Assembly (NCBI GenBank): GCA_039738615.1 | Contig: JBCLLP010000001.1 | Span: 3,573 to 67,572, forward strand | Direction of reading: 5' to 3' | Source: Candidatus Saccharimonadia bacterium | GTDB lineage: Bacteria > Patescibacteriota > Saccharimonadia > CAILAD01 > BJGX01 | DNA: 64,000 bases | In this document: positions 20,567 through 29,511 of the stretch, one piece after another | Layout of the letters: every line of letters starts with the position of its first letter | Numbering within the stretch: the stretch's first letter is position 1 | Translations under genes and position numbers: made by a program | Notes under the pieces: generated by a model | What the model was told of the DNA's origin: nothing | What the model saw: only the letters and a program-made list of their open reading frames with translations | The model's database searches: none

Positions 20567-23424
20567 ACTAGCAACTTATCAAAATCCATCTTACTATCTC
20601 CGCCAGAGTCAAATTTCATACCCTTGATACCATCAACGGCCCTATTGATAAGCTCAATCGTCATGGCGTGGTCTAGCTTGGAGTTTTTGCCCACATACAG
20701 GTCTTGCACAAACTCTATACTGGTCGCCGTTACAGGACTTTGTTGTAATTTTTCCCACGATAGTGCATAGATTCCAAGCTGAATGCTATCTTTGGCCTTT
20801 TTATCTGCGGTTTTTTGGTCATTAACTCTAGAGGTCTTAAAGTCGCGAATCTCCAGGCCCTCGGTGGTATTAAGTATTATGTCATATCTACCAGAGATAA
20901 CTGTCTTTATTTTGGGCAATTGTAGCTCAAAAGGCTGCTCAATAGCAACTGGAGTTAGGTCATCGGCTTGGTGGCTTTTAATATAGCTTATGATTGCCTT
21001 TTTGCCTGTCTCAAATAGAGTTTGTTCGTGCTGCATAGACACAAACCCCTCACTCTTCCAGGCAGATTTATATACTTCCAGGACTTCCTTAGTAGCTATA
21101 GGTCGGGACTTTAGCCTAAACTTATAGTAGTGCTCCAGGGCTGCATGCACGCTGGTGCCATAGATTAGGCTATGAAATGGGCCCTTGGGAAGCTGTAATA
21201 CATGGAAAAGCCAAAATTCCTTTGGTGAGCGCAGATAGTCAGCAATTTGATTAGTAGTAAGATAAAGCCACTCCCCCCTGTAAAGCCTGTTTAAGATACT
21301 CTCTTTGGCAGGATTTAGTATCACTGGCTCAAATGAACCAATAAGCTCGGACATATCTCGCTGATCGCTAATTTGGATAGCACTTCTTTGCCAGTCATCA
21401 CCTAAACATTCAGCTATAAAGCGTGAGGGTTTCTTAGGTTTTTTACCTCCATGGTCAAGTGCTAGGCTAAGATTAACCCCCTGTCTAGCTCTGGTAAGGC
21501 CCACATAGAATAGCCTTCTTTCTTCCTGATAATGATCGCCAGATTTAGGCTCCATAACATCTGCTGGAAACTTCACAGGCTCACTCTGGCGATAGGTGGG
21601 GAAGGTTTGCTCGGTTAGCTCTGGCATAAAAACATAATCAAACTCCAGGCCCTTAGCCTTATGAATGGTCATTATTTGGAGCCCGTCTGTATCTAGAGGT
21701 GATATATCACTCATAACATCGGCTGAGGACTGCTTAATCTCGTCTAGGTACTTACAAAGCTCAACTAGGCTAGTGTTGGCAGATACTAGCTCAAATTGCT
21801 TCACTAACTTAAAAAAGTCGGTCATATATTGGATATTTGTGACTGATTCTATAGATGTTTCAGCGTCTCGTAAGATGGCCTTAAGGTAGCCATTAGACTT
21901 AATGGCCATAAATAGCACTTCACCGGCGCTATATTCTGCTATTAGCTCTCGCCACTCGATTATGCTAGATAAAACCTCTTCTATCCACTCGTTAGGCTCA
22001 GCCTCACCTAAAATATCATACAAAAGCTTATTTTGCCGTCTGGCCAGTGATGACATATGTATTATTTGATGTTTATCGGCAGACTTAAAAAACCCACTAA
22101 TCAAAAGCTGAAAAAATGCTGCCGAATCGTATGGATCACAAATAGAATTAGCTAGGGCAACTAGTATTTTTACGCTTTGCTGATCAAAAAGCTCTACATC
22201 CTGATGGACATAATAGTTAATCTTTTTCTTCTGCAAAGCTAGTATATATGCTTTAATTTGGTTATTCTTACGTAATAATATTGCAATATTTTTTTGCTCT
22301 ACGCCATCATTAATTAATTCCTGAACTTTTTGAACAACACCATCTGCCTCGTCTAGCTTATTGGCATACTGAGCTACCCCAACTTTAGCGTTGGGGTATT
22401 TTTCGGCCACTAGCTGTTTATTGATATCCTCTGCCACCTCAAGCCTGTCAGGATTGTTGTTCTGGATTAGCCGATAGCCTGCATCAAGAATCTTCTGGCC
22501 ACTTCTAAAATTATTATTAAGCACCACCAGCTTTCTTTTAGTAAACCTGTCTCTAAAGTTTAGGATATTACGCACTGAAGCACCCCTAAAACTATAAATA
22601 GCCTGATCATCATCACCTACGACCATAATATTATTGGAGGTAGCTAGCATTTCAGCCATTATGTCCATTTGGACGGTGTTAGTATCCTGAAATTCATCTA
22701 CCAATAGGTACTTATAGCGCTCCATTAGTTCTTTTTTGACTAATTTACGTGATTTTAATAAATGTTGTAATTTTATCAATAAATCACCGAAGTCTAAACT
22801 GTTTTTAGCTTCACAAAGCTCTGAATATTTACTATATATCTTAGCCAAATCAGCCATTGACTCGTTTTGGTCAGTTCCATTACTACTGGCATGCTTACGA
22901 GCCAATTTCCCAAACATTTGGGCGTTGATTCCTTCGTCTTTAAGGCGCGATATGGCACCTTTAACTTGAGATATAAAGGCAAAGGGGTGATGCTGGGGGC
23001 TAAAATAGTTAAAATTGACTCTAGATAGGACTTCTTGGAATATAATGGTCTGCTGAACATCATTAAGTATCTGGAACTCAGGGCTCACGCCAGCATCAAG
23101 GGCAAATTCGCGCATTATTCTCTCTGCTAGGGCGTGGAAGGTCATTATTTGGGTATCTACATATCCATACGGCAAAAGTTCATCGACTCGTTGTTGCATT
23201 TCATTGGCGGCTTTCTCGGTAAAAGTAAGTGCCAGAACCTCTTGTGGCTTAGCCATGTTGCCCAATATCAACCTAGCTATGCGCTGGGTTATGACAGCCG
23301 TCTTGCCTGTACCAGCCCCGGCCACAACAAGTATAGGGCCGCCATTATGCCCTATTGCTTCTAGCTGAGCAGGAGTGTACTTATTACTATCTAGCCGCCT
23401 ATGAGGTTTTGTTAGTTTTGCCAT
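20563..23424 (-). CDS. UvrD/PcrA-type SF1 helicase fused to a C-terminal PD-(D/E)xK (RecB/AddA-like) nuclease
   Basis: Walker A is AGAGTGKTAV and Walker B is DEFQD. The C-terminal GRYDIIL...EIRDFKTS and QLGIYAL blocks match a RecB-family nuclease core. Confidence 0.8.
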   Translation of the reverse strand: MAKLTKPHRRLDSNKYTPAQLEAIGHNGGPILVVAGAGTGKTAVITQRIARLILGNMAKPQEVLALTFTEKAANEMQQRVDELLPYGYVDTQIMTFHALAERIMREFALDAGVSPEFQILNDVQQTIIFQEVLSRVNFNYFSPQHHPFAFISQVKGAISRLKDEGINAQMFGKLARKHASSNGTDQNESMADLAKIYSKYSELCEAKNSLDFGDLLIKLQHLLKSRKLVKKELMERYKYLLVDEFQDTNTVQMDIMAEMLATSNNIMVVGDDDQAIYSFRGASVRNILNFRDRFTKRKLVVLNNNFRSGQKILDAGYRLIQNNNPDRLEVAEDINKQLVAEKYPNAKVGVAQYANKLDEADGVVQKVQELINDGVEQKNIAILLRKNNQIKAYILALQKKKINYYVHQDVELFDQQSVKILVALANSICDPYDSAAFFQLLISGFFKSADKHQIIHMSSLARRQNKLLYDILGEAEPNEWIEEVLSSIIEWRELIAEYSAGEVLFMAIKSNGYLKAILRDAETSIESVTNIQYMTDFFKLVKQFELVSANTSLVELCKYLDEIKQSSADVMSDISPLDTDGLQIMTIHKAKGLEFDYVFMPELTEQTFPTYRQSEPVKFPADVMEPKSGDHYQEERRLFYVGLTRARQGVNLSLALDHGGKKPKKPSRFIAECLGDDWQRSAIQISDQRDMSELIGSFEPVILNPAKESILNRLYRGEWLYLTTNQIADYLRSPKEFWLFHVLQLPKGPFHSLIYGTSVHAALEHYYKFRLKSRPIATKEVLEVYKSAWKSEGFVSMQHEQTLFETGKKAIISYIKSHQADDLTPVAIEQPFELQLPKIKTVISGRYDIILNTTEGLEIRDFKTSRVNDQKTADKKAKDSIQLGIYALSWEKLQQSPVTATSIEFVQDLYVGKNSKLDHAMTIELINRAVDGIKGMKFDSGGDSKMDFDKLLV

Positions 23425-23481
23425 TGTATATATGATACCTTATCACTACTAAATGCTATAATAAGACAATAAGGAAACATT

Positions 23482-25455
23482 ATGGAATCTGTATATTTTT
23501 CTACTAGGCATATACAAATCAATCATCAAGGCAAGGAACCTAATAATTTAGTAGGCGAATCATTCGCAATGGGTTTTGAGCCTGGTCCTAACTCAAGCAG
23601 TAAATACGGTAATCTTTACCTTACATTTGAGTATAATCTAGATGACAAGCGTATTAATATTGACAAAATAATCAAGGGTTGTGGCAGGGCTTTTTATGAG
23701 AGTGGCCCAGATGTTAGTCTTGAAAAACGCTTTAGATTATGCCTCAGGGCGCTCAATGAACTCATTAGCCAGTCCAAAGGCTCCTACAATATTGCCATCA
23801 TCGCTACGGTTGGTGACGATATCTTGTTTGCTAACACTGGCAAGCTTATGATGCTGTTAATACGCAACCATACAGCAACGGATATCTCATCTGATAAGCC
23901 CGAAAGACTCTTTAGCCAAATTAGCGAGGGTAAAATTCACAATAAGGACCGCATCATTATGGCCAGTAGTGTGATCGCTCGCAGTAGCAGCAAACAGCTT
24001 ACTGATGTAGCTAGCAAACTAAAGCTAGAAGACCTAAAGTTGAAGCTGGCAGATGAACTCCAGCTTAATGCAGAGCTAAGCTACAGCCTAATAGCTATTG
24101 AGGCCAGCAAATCCACCGATACAAGTGTGCCAGCAAATACCACCGAAACACAATCTAGCTCAAAGGTTAAAGCCATACTAGGTAGCTCACTAGCTACTAT
24201 CCATACAGCTCTTAAAAAAGGCCAGTCGGCTGCCAGGCATACGGCTCATAAATCTGCCACTGCCACCAAGTCCAAAATTATGCCTGCCATTGCCGATAAT
24301 TCCCGCAAGGGCTGGACTAAATTCTGGACTAAATATATTAACCCCAAGCCTAAAAAGGCAATTATCGTTGTTATAATAACTATAATAATCATAACAGGAG
24401 TAATATGGGCTGGAGTGACCACAATATCGTCTAATAACAGTGAATCTAGCCTGCTAGCCAAGGCCTCTAGCCAGGTTGATTCAGCTGAGTCAGATATTAA
24501 TAGCGGGAACAAGGATTCTGCCCAAGACCATATTAATAACGCCAAGCAAATACTCTCCCAGATAAATACCACTGCCCGCCAGAAGCTCAACGACCTAGCC
24601 CGCACCAAGCCTAGCCAGCAAGGCTATGATGCTCTTGGACTTAAAATACAACACCTCGAGGATAAGTTAGAGGTAGTAGAGCGAATACCGACTAGCTCTG
24701 GATTTAGCATCAGCCAGGCCAGCCTTAGTTCGCTAGTATGGTCAGCCAATAAACTCTACGGTCTAGACGCTTCAGGAGGCTCTATCATAGAAGTAAACCC
24801 GCTATTTGGATTACCCTCCACTAAAGCCACAAACGCCGACCTTATAGGCTCTAAGTCAGCTGATAGTATGAATGATATAGGCCTGGTCCTGCTAGGCAAG
24901 ACGGGGCTCTGGCAATTCACTCCAGCCGACGGTCTGATACAGCTCAAAACACCCGCTTTACCTAATGCCGTCAGGGTGGTGAGCTATATCAATAATATTT
25001 ACCTGCTAAGCCCTGAAGATAATCAAATAATCCGCTACTTCAAATCTGGCACCACATTAAGCTCCAAGACCAATCTACTCAAGAGCCTTTCCCCGGACGA
25101 GCTAAAAGGTGGCAACTCAATGGTGGTAGAAGGCAATATATTTATCTCAAAAGGCAATACCATACTCCTATTCGAGCAAGGGCAGGAGCGTAATTATAAG
25201 GTGACTAACCTGCCCAAGGGCTTTGGCGATATTGGCACACTCTACTACAATGCTAGTGCTGGCTACTTTTTGGCGCTCAATAAGGGCAACAACAGGGTTG
25301 CCCTACTCTCTACTGAGGCTGATTCGGCAAGCTATGTACGGAGTTATGCTCTAGATAATAACGCATCTATTTATTCGTTTACTTTAGAGCCTAAAAACTC
25401 TCAGTTATTTATAAATACTGATTATAAAATTATTACCTATAAGATAGTAAAATAG
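23482..25455 (+). CDS. Hypothetical bitopic membrane protein; the N-terminal cytoplasmic domain has weak PP2C-like features
   Basis: A single TM helix (AIIVVIITIIIITGVIWAGV) sits at about residue 290. The N-terminal IATVGDDILFANTGKLMMLL block faintly resembles the PP2C GDSR motif. The C-terminal ~350 aa are probably extracytoplasmic. Confidence 0.4.
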   Translation: MESVYFSTRHIQINHQGKEPNNLVGESFAMGFEPGPNSSSKYGNLYLTFEYNLDDKRINIDKIIKGCGRAFYESGPDVSLEKRFRLCLRALNELISQSKGSYNIAIIATVGDDILFANTGKLMMLLIRNHTATDISSDKPERLFSQISEGKIHNKDRIIMASSVIARSSSKQLTDVASKLKLEDLKLKLADELQLNAELSYSLIAIEASKSTDTSVPANTTETQSSSKVKAILGSSLATIHTALKKGQSAARHTAHKSATATKSKIMPAIADNSRKGWTKFWTKYINPKPKKAIIVVIITIIIITGVIWAGVTTISSNNSESSLLAKASSQVDSAESDINSGNKDSAQDHINNAKQILSQINTTARQKLNDLARTKPSQQGYDALGLKIQHLEDKLEVVERIPTSSGFSISQASLSSLVWSANKLYGLDASGGSIIEVNPLFGLPSTKATNADLIGSKSADSMNDIGLVLLGKTGLWQFTPADGLIQLKTPALPNAVRVVSYINNIYLLSPEDNQIIRYFKSGTTLSSKTNLLKSLSPDELKGGNSMVVEGNIFISKGNTILLFEQGQERNYKVTNLPKGFGDIGTLYYNASAGYFLALNKGNNRVALLSTEADSASYVRSYALDNNASIYSFTLEPKNSQLFINTDYKIITYKIVK

Positions 25456-25467
25456 TTGCTCTTTTTA

Positions 25468-27081
25468 CTACATCTTAGATTGTAGAGTGATGCCTAAAAT
25501 ATGAAATACCGATTGGTATGCTAGCTTGAATTGAGCAATTACCATGAGCTTTTGGGAGCTATCAGGTGAGCTTAGTATTCTTTCTTGCTCGTAGTACTCA
25601 TGAAAGGCCCTGGCTACCTCTGTAACCTGATAGAGCAAATGATGCACTTTTTGGCTGGCTGTAATATCTGTCAGGATTGTAGGTATTTTGGATAGCTCTA
25701 GGGCTAATTTTAGCTCCGGCTTGGTTAGCTTATAGCCATCTAATGATGTTGCCACTGGTAATCCTTCCTCTGAGGCCTTGACTTGTATGGAGCAGGCTCT
25801 GGCATAGGCGTAGAGCGCATAATACACTGGGTTTTTTGAGGAATGTTCTGTAACTAGATTAATATCAAAGTCCATATGAGTATTGGTATCGCGCATAGCA
25901 AAATAAAACCTCGCTGCCTCGGTTGGTACGGAGTCCAGGAAGTCGTCAAGCAATACGTAATTCCCCTTTCGCTTGCTCATTTTAAACTCTTTGCCGCCTT
26001 TGATAAGCCTTATGGTTTGAGTTGATAGCTCCTTGAAGCTAGTATGGCCCAGTGCACGAAGTGTATTTATTAGTCTTATGGCCTGACCGTGATGATCGGG
26101 TCCAACAATAGTAATAGTCTGGTCAAATCCCCTCTCTTCTAGCCTTTCTAGCTGGTAGGCGATGTCCTTTAAGAAGTAGGTATACTCATTATCGTATGAC
26201 CTTACCAGCACTTCATCTTGATTCAGGCCAACCCTGCCACCATCTAGCCATAATGCGCCTTCCTTGGCCTTACTTAAGCCTGCCTCATCAAGTCTTTTGA
26301 GGGTTTTGGGAATGTCTGGCTGTGACTCGGAGTACATTGAATCAAATTTAACCCCTAATCTATCTAGGTCTGGCAGGATATATTTGGTTAGTACTAGCTT
26401 GGCTGCCTTTTGGCCAATTAGTATTGGTTTGGCACTCGTTACCAGACTAACACTACCATATTCTGTTGTAATTAACACAGCTATATTGTCAATATACTCA
26501 CCTCTATAAAGGTTCTGAGATAGCTCGCCGTCAAATTTTACACCAAGCGACTGCTGGACTGCTTGGCCAAGGGCAACTATTTGATTCCCCCCATCATTAA
26601 GGTAGTATTCCCTAGCTACCTTATAGCCCTGAGAGGCATATACATTAGCCAATATATCTCCATAATAGCCCTGCCAGGCATTTGTAACTACCAAGGGGCC
26701 AGTAGGATTTCCAGATATAAACTCAATTTGAATGGATTTACCCTTACCAAGCTTGGATTGTCCGAATTGCTGGCTAATGGCTAACAAATACTCACTCCAC
26801 ACCTGGCTAGCAAGCGTAATATTGATAAATCCTGGCTCCAAAAACTCTGACTTTTCAATGACTTTATTACCCTTGAGCTCCTTTAATACCTTCTCGGCCA
26901 CCTCGGAAGGCTTGATTCCTTCGATCTTTGATAGCTTAAAGGCGATATTGGTGCTGTAATCACCAAACTGATAATCACAGTTGCTAATACTTTGAGCTAT
27001 ATCAGATTCACTGAGTGATTTGAAGCTTGCCGACAATGCCTCCACCAAGGCTTTTGCAAAAATATCTCTAGGATAGTTCAT
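25468..27081 (-). CDS. argS: Arginine--tRNA ligase
   Basis: ArgRS N-terminal additional domain, catalytic core with the KMSK motif (FKMSKRKGN) and C-terminal DALR anticodon-binding region are present. The canonical HIGH position reads NPTGPLVVTN. Confidence 0.85.
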   Translation of the reverse strand: MNYPRDIFAKALVEALSASFKSLSESDIAQSISNCDYQFGDYSTNIAFKLSKIEGIKPSEVAEKVLKELKGNKVIEKSEFLEPGFINITLASQVWSEYLLAISQQFGQSKLGKGKSIQIEFISGNPTGPLVVTNAWQGYYGDILANVYASQGYKVAREYYLNDGGNQIVALGQAVQQSLGVKFDGELSQNLYRGEYIDNIAVLITTEYGSVSLVTSAKPILIGQKAAKLVLTKYILPDLDRLGVKFDSMYSESQPDIPKTLKRLDEAGLSKAKEGALWLDGGRVGLNQDEVLVRSYDNEYTYFLKDIAYQLERLEERGFDQTITIVGPDHHGQAIRLINTLRALGHTSFKELSTQTIRLIKGGKEFKMSKRKGNYVLLDDFLDSVPTEAARFYFAMRDTNTHMDFDINLVTEHSSKNPVYYALYAYARACSIQVKASEEGLPVATSLDGYKLTKPELKLALELSKIPTILTDITASQKVHHLLYQVTEVARAFHEYYEQERILSSPDSSQKLMVIAQFKLAYQSVFHILGITLQSKM

Positions 27082-27132
27082 AATGCTTGCTATTATATCC
27101 TACTTAAGGCCTGTTTAAGCTATAATAGGGCT

Positions 27133-27576
27133 ATGAAGATACTAGCAACTAACCGCAGAGCCAGACACGATTATGAACTCAAAGATAGATTTGAGGCTGG
27201 CTTAGTGCTGTCAGGATCTGAGGTGAAGAGTGTCAAGGCTGGGCATATTGACTTAAAAGCAAGCTATATTAGCTTCAAATCTGGCGAGGCCTATCTGGTA
27301 AATGCCCATATTAGCCCCTATAAGCACTCCGCTAATAAGGATAGCTATGACCCCGTGGCAGACAGGAAGCTACTATTGCACAGGCGCGAAATTGAAAGAC
27401 TCATTGAGGACGCTCGCTCTGGGCACCTTAGCGTAGTTCCTACGGCGATTGGTATTGTTCGTAGTAGGGTGAAACTCGAAATAGCTCTTGCTCGGGGCAA
27501 GAAACTCCACGACAAACGCGAATCCAAGAAGCGTCAGACTATGCTCAAAGATGCTCGCCTAGACACCCCTAGATAA
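27133..27576 (+). CDS. smpB: SsrA-binding protein
   Basis: The N-terminal RRARHDYELKDRFEAGLVLSGSEVKS block is highly conserved in SmpB. Confidence 0.9.
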   Translation: MKILATNRRARHDYELKDRFEAGLVLSGSEVKSVKAGHIDLKASYISFKSGEAYLVNAHISPYKHSANKDSYDPVADRKLLLHRREIERLIEDARSGHLSVVPTAIGIVRSRVKLEIALARGKKLHDKRESKKRQTMLKDARLDTPR

Positions 27577-27731
27577 AGCATCCATACATTAAAATAACTA
27601 CCTGCAACCTGCTAGAGCTACCTAACGAACACATATTTAATGTGCCATAGAACATACAAAATGTAGCCCAAGTTAGCTTACTTAAAGTTACTTGTCTTGC
27701 ATCATATCTCCAAACATCTTATGCTTAATAT

Positions 27732-28727
27732 ATGGAGCCATCCCTTTCCTCTATTGTTATACAGTTAATGGCAGACCCTAAGGGTCTGCTGGCAGCCGAT
27801 GAAAGCACCAAGTCGTGCTGTAAGCGCTTTGATGCACTCAATATTGACTGCACAGTTGAGTCTAGGCGCCTTTGGAGGCAATTATTGTGTATGTCGCCCA
27901 ATGTTAGCCATTATATATCCGGCGTTATTCTCTATGATGAGACCATTAGGCAGACTAGTGATGATGGGACAAGCTTTGGTAAGGCATTAACACAAAATGG
28001 CATATTACCAGGTATAAAAGTAGATAAAGGCCTAGTGCTAATGGACAATTTTGACCCAGAAACTATTACTGAAGGGCTCGATGGACTAGCCGAAAGGCTG
28101 GCCGAATACTATGCTATGGGGGCTCGCTTTACTAAATGGCGGAGTGCTTTTAGTATAAATGCTAATCTCCCCACCCTACCTGCTATTCGCGCTAACCTCT
28201 TAATTATGGCTCGCTATGCTAGCCTAGTGCAGTCCGCGAGGATGATACCGATTGTAGAGCCTGAAGTATTATACGAGGGCGACCACAGCATTATTGACTC
28301 TGCCCAAACCACCAGTACTGTTCTAAAGATTTTATTTGAGGAACTATCGGCTCTAAAGGTTAATTTATCAGGTTTGATACTAAAAACTAGTATGGTGCTA
28401 GCGGGTACTAAATCAAGCCAAAGCACCCCCACCGAAGTAGCTCATCACACCCTTCAGGTGCTAGGCCAAAGCGTCCCTAGTGCCGTAGGAGGCATAGTGT
28501 TCTTATCTGGTGGGCAGGCTCCCGAGCAAGCCAGTGCCAATCTAAATGCCATTGGCTTATCTGGCAAACAGCCCTGGCCCATTACCTACAGCTACTCTAG
28601 AGCCGTCCAGGATCCTGTTATCCGTATCTGGAAAGGCAAATCTATTAACACCAAAAAAGCTCAAGCTAAATTCACCCAACTCCTAGCGCAAAACAGTGCC
28701 GCCCGTAATGGTGAGTACATTAAATAA
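27732..28727 (+). CDS. fba: Fructose-bisphosphate aldolase, class I
   Basis: The N-terminal GLLAADESTKSCCKRF block and overall length match the Schiff-base class I FBA family. Confidence 0.8.
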   Translation: MEPSLSSIVIQLMADPKGLLAADESTKSCCKRFDALNIDCTVESRRLWRQLLCMSPNVSHYISGVILYDETIRQTSDDGTSFGKALTQNGILPGIKVDKGLVLMDNFDPETITEGLDGLAERLAEYYAMGARFTKWRSAFSINANLPTLPAIRANLLIMARYASLVQSARMIPIVEPEVLYEGDHSIIDSAQTTSTVLKILFEELSALKVNLSGLILKTSMVLAGTKSSQSTPTEVAHHTLQVLGQSVPSAVGGIVFLSGGQAPEQASANLNAIGLSGKQPWPITYSYSRAVQDPVIRIWKGKSINTKKAQAKFTQLLAQNSAARNGEYIK

Positions 28728-28766
28728 AAGATTGTAAAGAAAGTTAAAAAAACTTTTAAAAAGTTG

Positions 28767-28903
28767 TTGACAGCACCATACCGTAAGCGTTATTATAGTA
28801 TCAGTGCTGCACACATAAATTACTCAAAAACAAAAACAAAGTCTACCTAACAGGTTAGCGAGTGCCCAGGGCCTACGCTAGCCTGTTTCTTTTAGGGCGT
28901 TTT
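28767..28903 (+). ncRNA. Candidate small RNA unit: promoter plus intrinsic terminator about 100 nt apart
   Basis: TTGACA at 28767-28772, an 18-nt spacer and TATTAT at 28791-28796. Downstream, a 12-bp stem (AACAGGTTAGCG / CGCTAGCCTGTT at 28849-28887) is followed by TCTTTT. There is no ORF, and the next plus-strand gene is 2 kb away. Confidence 0.25.
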
Positions 28904-29076
28904 AAAAATACCTAGCCTCAATATTTTTCTGACTGGGTATTTTTTTATTCAACACATAATTTGCTTAGCTTCTGGCAAGCACAGCTACTGGGATAGCTAA
29001 ATAGCAATACTGATAATTAAAAGCCCATCAAAAAAGACCTCCGTTTCGCCCTGCAGCGAATCACGAAAGTCCCTTT

Positions 29077-29467
29077 TGGTGGAGCTGGTGGGAATCGCAC
29101 CCACGTCCGCCAAACTATCTATATAATATCTACGAGTGTATTTGGCTTAAAATTGTTTGACAAGGTCCTGATAAATCAAAACCAACCAAAGCTATCAGGC
29201 ACTTACGAGCTATTACAGTCTTATCCAACACCTAGCAAGAAATGTTGTAGCAACCTAGTAAATGGCGCCGATATCTTTTTTACTAGATATCAAAAGATCG
29301 ACGGCTAATGACAATTAAGCAAAAGCTGGTGCGAATTTTGGTGCAAAAGCATTACTAATTCGCGATACAAACGATTTTGCATTTGTAGTTGTGAGAACAG
29401 CTAACGTGTATTCTCAACCCGACTCGCAATTATATTTCAAGATTCAACGTCGAAGCTTGTCAGCCCC
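29077..29467 (-). ncRNA. ssrA: Transfer-messenger RNA (tmRNA)
   Basis: The minus-strand 5' end reads GGGGCUGACAAGCUUCGACG. The 3' tRNA-like end reads GGCGGACGUGGGUGCGAUUCCCACCAGCUCCACCA. The internal reading frame ends GCU UUU GCA CCA AAA UUC GCA CCA GCU UUU GCU UAA, giving a predicted tag ending ...AFAPKFAPAFA*. Confidence 0.85.
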
Positions 29468-29511
29468 ATAACAAAAATTATACCATATTTACTTATATTA
29501 TGCTAGTGCTT

